Below are positions 61,201 through 64,000 of a DNA stretch of 64,000 nt, one piece after another. The position numbers and the translations under genes are program-made. Numbering within the stretch: position 1 is the stretch's first letter; every line of letters starts with the position of its first letter. The stretch comes from Eledone cirrhosa. Lineage: Eukaryota. The stretch lies in assembly GCA_964016885.1 (NCBI GenBank), contig CAXHJY010001634.1, positions 1 through 64,000 on the forward strand, given 5' to 3'. Below the pieces are notes generated by a model. The model was not told the origin of the DNA. It was given only the letters and a program-made list of their open reading frames with translations, and did no database searches.

Positions 61201-63999
61201 ACAGCGGCACCAATGTCTACAACAACAACAACAGCGGCACCAATGTCTACAACAACAACAACAATAGCGGCACCAATGTCTACAACAACAACAACAGCGG
61301 CACCAATGTCTACAACAACAACAACAACAGCGGCACCAATGTCTACAACAACAACAACAGCGGCACCAACGTCTACAACAACAACAACAGCGGCACCAAT
61401 GTCTACAACAACAACAACAGCTGCACCAATGTCTACAACAACAACAACACCGGCACCAATGTCTACAACAACAGCAACAACAGCGGCACCAATGTCTACA
61501 ACAACAACAACAACAGCGGCACCAACGTCTACAACAACAACAACAGCGGCACCAATGTCTACAACAACAACAACACAGGCACCAATGTCTACAACAACAA
61601 CAACAACAGCGGCACCAATGTCTACAACAACAACAACAGTGGCACCAATGTCTACAACAACAACAACAGCGGCACCAATGTCTACAACAACAACATCAGC
61701 GGCACCAATGTCTACAACAACAACATCAGCGGCACCAATGTCTACAACAACAACAACAGCGGCACCAATGTCTACAACAACAACAACACCGGCACCAATG
61801 TCTACAACAACAACATCAGCGGCACCAATGTCTACAACAACAACATCAGCGGCACCAATGTCTACAACAACAACAACAGCGGCACCAATGTCTACAACAA
61901 CAACAACACCGGCACCAATGTCTACAACAACAACATCAGCGGCACCAATGTCTACAACAACAACAACAGCGGCACCAATGTCTACAACAACAACAACACC
62001 GGCACCAATATCTACAACAACAACAACAGCGGCACCAATGTCTACAACAACAACAACAGCGGCACCAATGTCTACAACAACAACAACACCGGCACCAATG
62101 TCTACAACAACATCAGCGGCACCAATGTCTACAACAACAACAACAGCGGCACCAATGTCTACAACAACAACAACAGCGGCACCAATGTCTACAACAACAA
62201 CAACACCGGCACCAATGTCTACAACAACATCAGCGGCACCAATGTCTACAACAACAACAACACCGGCACCAATATCTACAACAACAACAACAGCGGCACC
62301 AATGTCTACAACAACAACAACAGCGGCACCAATGTCTACAACAACAACAACAACACCGGCACCAATGTCTACAACAACAACATCAGCGGCACCAATGTCT
62401 ACAACAACAACAACACCGGCACCAATGTCTACAACAACAACAACAGCGGCACCAATGTCTACAACAACAACAACACCGGCACCAATGTCTACAACAACAA
62501 CATCAGCGGCACCAATGTCTACAACAACAACAACAGCGGCACCAATGTCTACAACAACAACAACACCGGCACCAATATCTACAACAACAACAACAGCGGC
62601 ACCAATGTCTACAACAACAACAACAGCGGCACCAATGTCTACAACAACAACAACAGCGGCACCAATGTCTACAACAACAACAACACCGGCACCAATGTCT
62701 ACAACAACAACATCAGCGGCACCAATGTCTACAACAACAACAACAATAACAGCGGCACCAATGTCTACAACAACAACAACAACAGCGGCACCAATGTCTA
62801 CAACAACAACAACACCGGCACCAATATCTACAACAACAACAACAGTGGCACCAATGTCTACAACAACAACAACAGCGGCACCAATGTCTACAACAACAAC
62901 ACCGGCACCAATGTCTACAACAACAACAACAGTGGCACCAATGTCTACAACAACAACAACAGCGGCACCAATGTCTACAACAACAACAACAGCGGCACGA
63001 ATGTCTACAACAACAACAACAACTCCGGCACCAATATCTACAACAACAACAACAACAGCGGCACCAATGTCTACAACAACAACAACAGCGGCACCAATGT
63101 CTACAACAACAACAACAACAACAACACCGGCACCAATGTCTACAACAACAACAACAACAACAACACCGGCACCAATGTCTACAACAACAACAACAGCGGC
63201 ACCAATGTCTACAACAACAACAACAACAACAACACCGGCACCAATGTCTACAACAACAACAACAACAGCGGCACCAATGTCTACAACAACAACAACAGCG
63301 GCACCAATGTCTACAACAACAACAACAACAGCGGCACCAATGTCTACAACAACAACAACAACAGCGGCACCAATGTCTACAACAACAACAACAACAGCGG
63401 CACCAATGTCTACAACAACAACAACAACAGTGGCACCAATGTCTACAACAACAGCAACAACAGCGGCACCAATGTCTACAACAACAACAACAACACCGGC
63501 ACCAATGTCTACAACAACAACAACAACACCGGCACCAATGTCTACAACAACAGCAACAACAGCGGCACCAATGTCTACAACAACAACAACAACACCGGCA
63601 CCAATGTCTACAACAACAGCAACAACAGCGGCACCAATGTCTACAACAACAACAACAACACCGGCACCAATGTCTACAACAACAACAACAACAGCGGCAC
63701 CAATGTCTACAACAACAACAACAACACCGGCACCAATGTCTACAACAACAACAACACCGGCACCAATGTCTACAACAACAACAACAACAGCGGCACCAAT
63801 GTCTACAACAACAACAACAACACCGGCACCAATGTCTACAACAACAACAACAACACCGGCACCAATGTCTACAACAACAACAACAACAGCGGCACCAATG
63901 TCTACAACAACAACAACAACACCGGCACCAATGTCTACAACAACAACAACACCGGCACCAATGTCTACAACAACAACAACAACACCGGCACCAATGTCT
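19246..63999 (+). CDS. Possible mucin-like PTS tandem-repeat coding segment, part 2 (frame +1, 14,918 codons, 3'-partial)
   Basis: Same peptide repeat after the +1 A. ATG at 19261 and ATG at 63961 are in the same frame. The frame has an ATG in nearly every unit, yet the ORF track reports no + strand ORF, which is consistent with no stop before the window end. Confidence 0.4.
19950..31780. repeat. Near-exact tandem duplication with a 5,946-bp period
   Basis: Rare variants recur at a constant 5,946 offset: AGTGGC 20207/26153, AATGCC 20670/26616, AACTAC 21969/27915, GACACC 22800/28746, ACTAAT 24320/30266, AATTTC 25251/31197, CCAGTG 25557/31503. Boundaries are approximate. Confidence 0.9.
35330..37470. 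repeat. Tandem duplication with a 1,071-bp period
   Basis: GACACC 36213/37284 and CCAGTG 36252/37323, with matching following 27-bp and AGCAAC units. Boundaries are approximate. Confidence 0.8.
42500..48200. repeat. Near-exact tandem duplication with a 2,847-bp period
   Basis: AAGGTC 42555/45402 and ACTAAT 44018/46865, with the same order of intervening variants. Boundaries are approximate. Confidence 0.88.
50700..59900. repeat. Imperfect tandem duplication, offset about 4.5-4.8 kb
   Basis: AAAAGC 51641/56129 and AACTAC 52494/56982 (offset 4,488). TTC 53421/58248 (offset 4,827) follows an internal gain or loss of units. Confidence 0.75.
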
Positions 64000-64000
64000 A

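Larger units (their letters stand above)
1..64000. repeat. Giant tandem minisatellite array, unit A[G/C]CGGCACCAATGTCTAC(AAC)3-7 (27-39 bp, mostly 30/33 bp), about 2,000 copies
   Basis: Directly visible on every line. The core GGCACCAATGTCTAC is near-invariant, followed by a variable AAC run and AGC or ACC. All units have the same orientation and there is no intervening unique DNA. The 30-bp consensus is 13 A, 10 C, 4 G, 3 T. Confidence 0.99.

Noticed and set aside
1-64000. CRISPR array (constant core plus variable spacer)
   Set aside because: The 'spacers' are only (AAC)n runs, not unique sequences. The core is too short, and no cas genes or leader are present.
1-64000. Poly-Gln reading frame (QRHQCLQQQQ)
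   Set aside because: Interrupted many times by TAA/TAG from AATAAC, ACTAAT and AATAGC variants, for example at 18259 and 20432.
1-64000. Diversity-generating retroelement template (AAC-rich) or a reverse-transcriptase/rolling-circle concatemer
   Set aside because: There is no RT gene or TR/VR pair, and the variants are not adenine-specific. Variants are inherited in nested multi-kb blocks, which fits recombinational array evolution rather than repeated copying of one short template.
1-64000. Telomerase-type telomeric repeat (strong AC versus GT strand bias)
   Set aside because: There are no G-tracts and no chromosome end in view. Long-range duplicated variant patterns are not expected from telomerase addition. 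A subtelomeric or satellite location cannot be excluded.
1-64000. Unit lengths being multiples of 3 as proof of coding selection
   Set aside because: Length changes are gains or losses of AAC triplets, which preserve frame automatically.
1-64000. Pure sequencing artefact or simulated low-complexity sequence
   Set aside because: Rare variants recur in conserved order at multiple scales with copy-specific divergence, as expected of a real evolving array. The exact copy number may still be misassembled.

Overview
The whole 64 kb window is one uninterrupted head-to-tail minisatellite array of roughly 2,000 units (estimated from length), with no unique sequence and both ends running off the window. 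The consensus unit is A[G/C]CGGCACCAATGTCTAC(AAC)n, an 18-bp core plus a slipping AAC microsatellite. n is about 3-7, giving 27-39 bp units, with 30 and 33 bp dominant. No recognisable gene, RNA gene, mobile element or CRISPR array is present, and the only ORF in the supplied track is an antisense artefact. On the + strand I saw no stop codon in two registers: a mucin-like Pro/Thr/Ser repeat, (A/P)APMS(T)4-8, and an Asn-rich repeat, (S/T)GTNVY(N)3-7. The only net frame break seen is a +1 A at 19244-19246. The array is therefore either part of an exceptionally large PTS (mucin-type) coding repeat of more than 21,000 aa, or a non-coding satellite that is stop-free because of its composition. The window alone cannot decide this, and the organism cannot be identified. 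Rare variant units act as barcodes and show nested duplications with offsets of about 1.07, 1.7, 2.85, 4.5, 5.95, 8.4, 14.3 and 35-43 kb. All offsets were read by eye.
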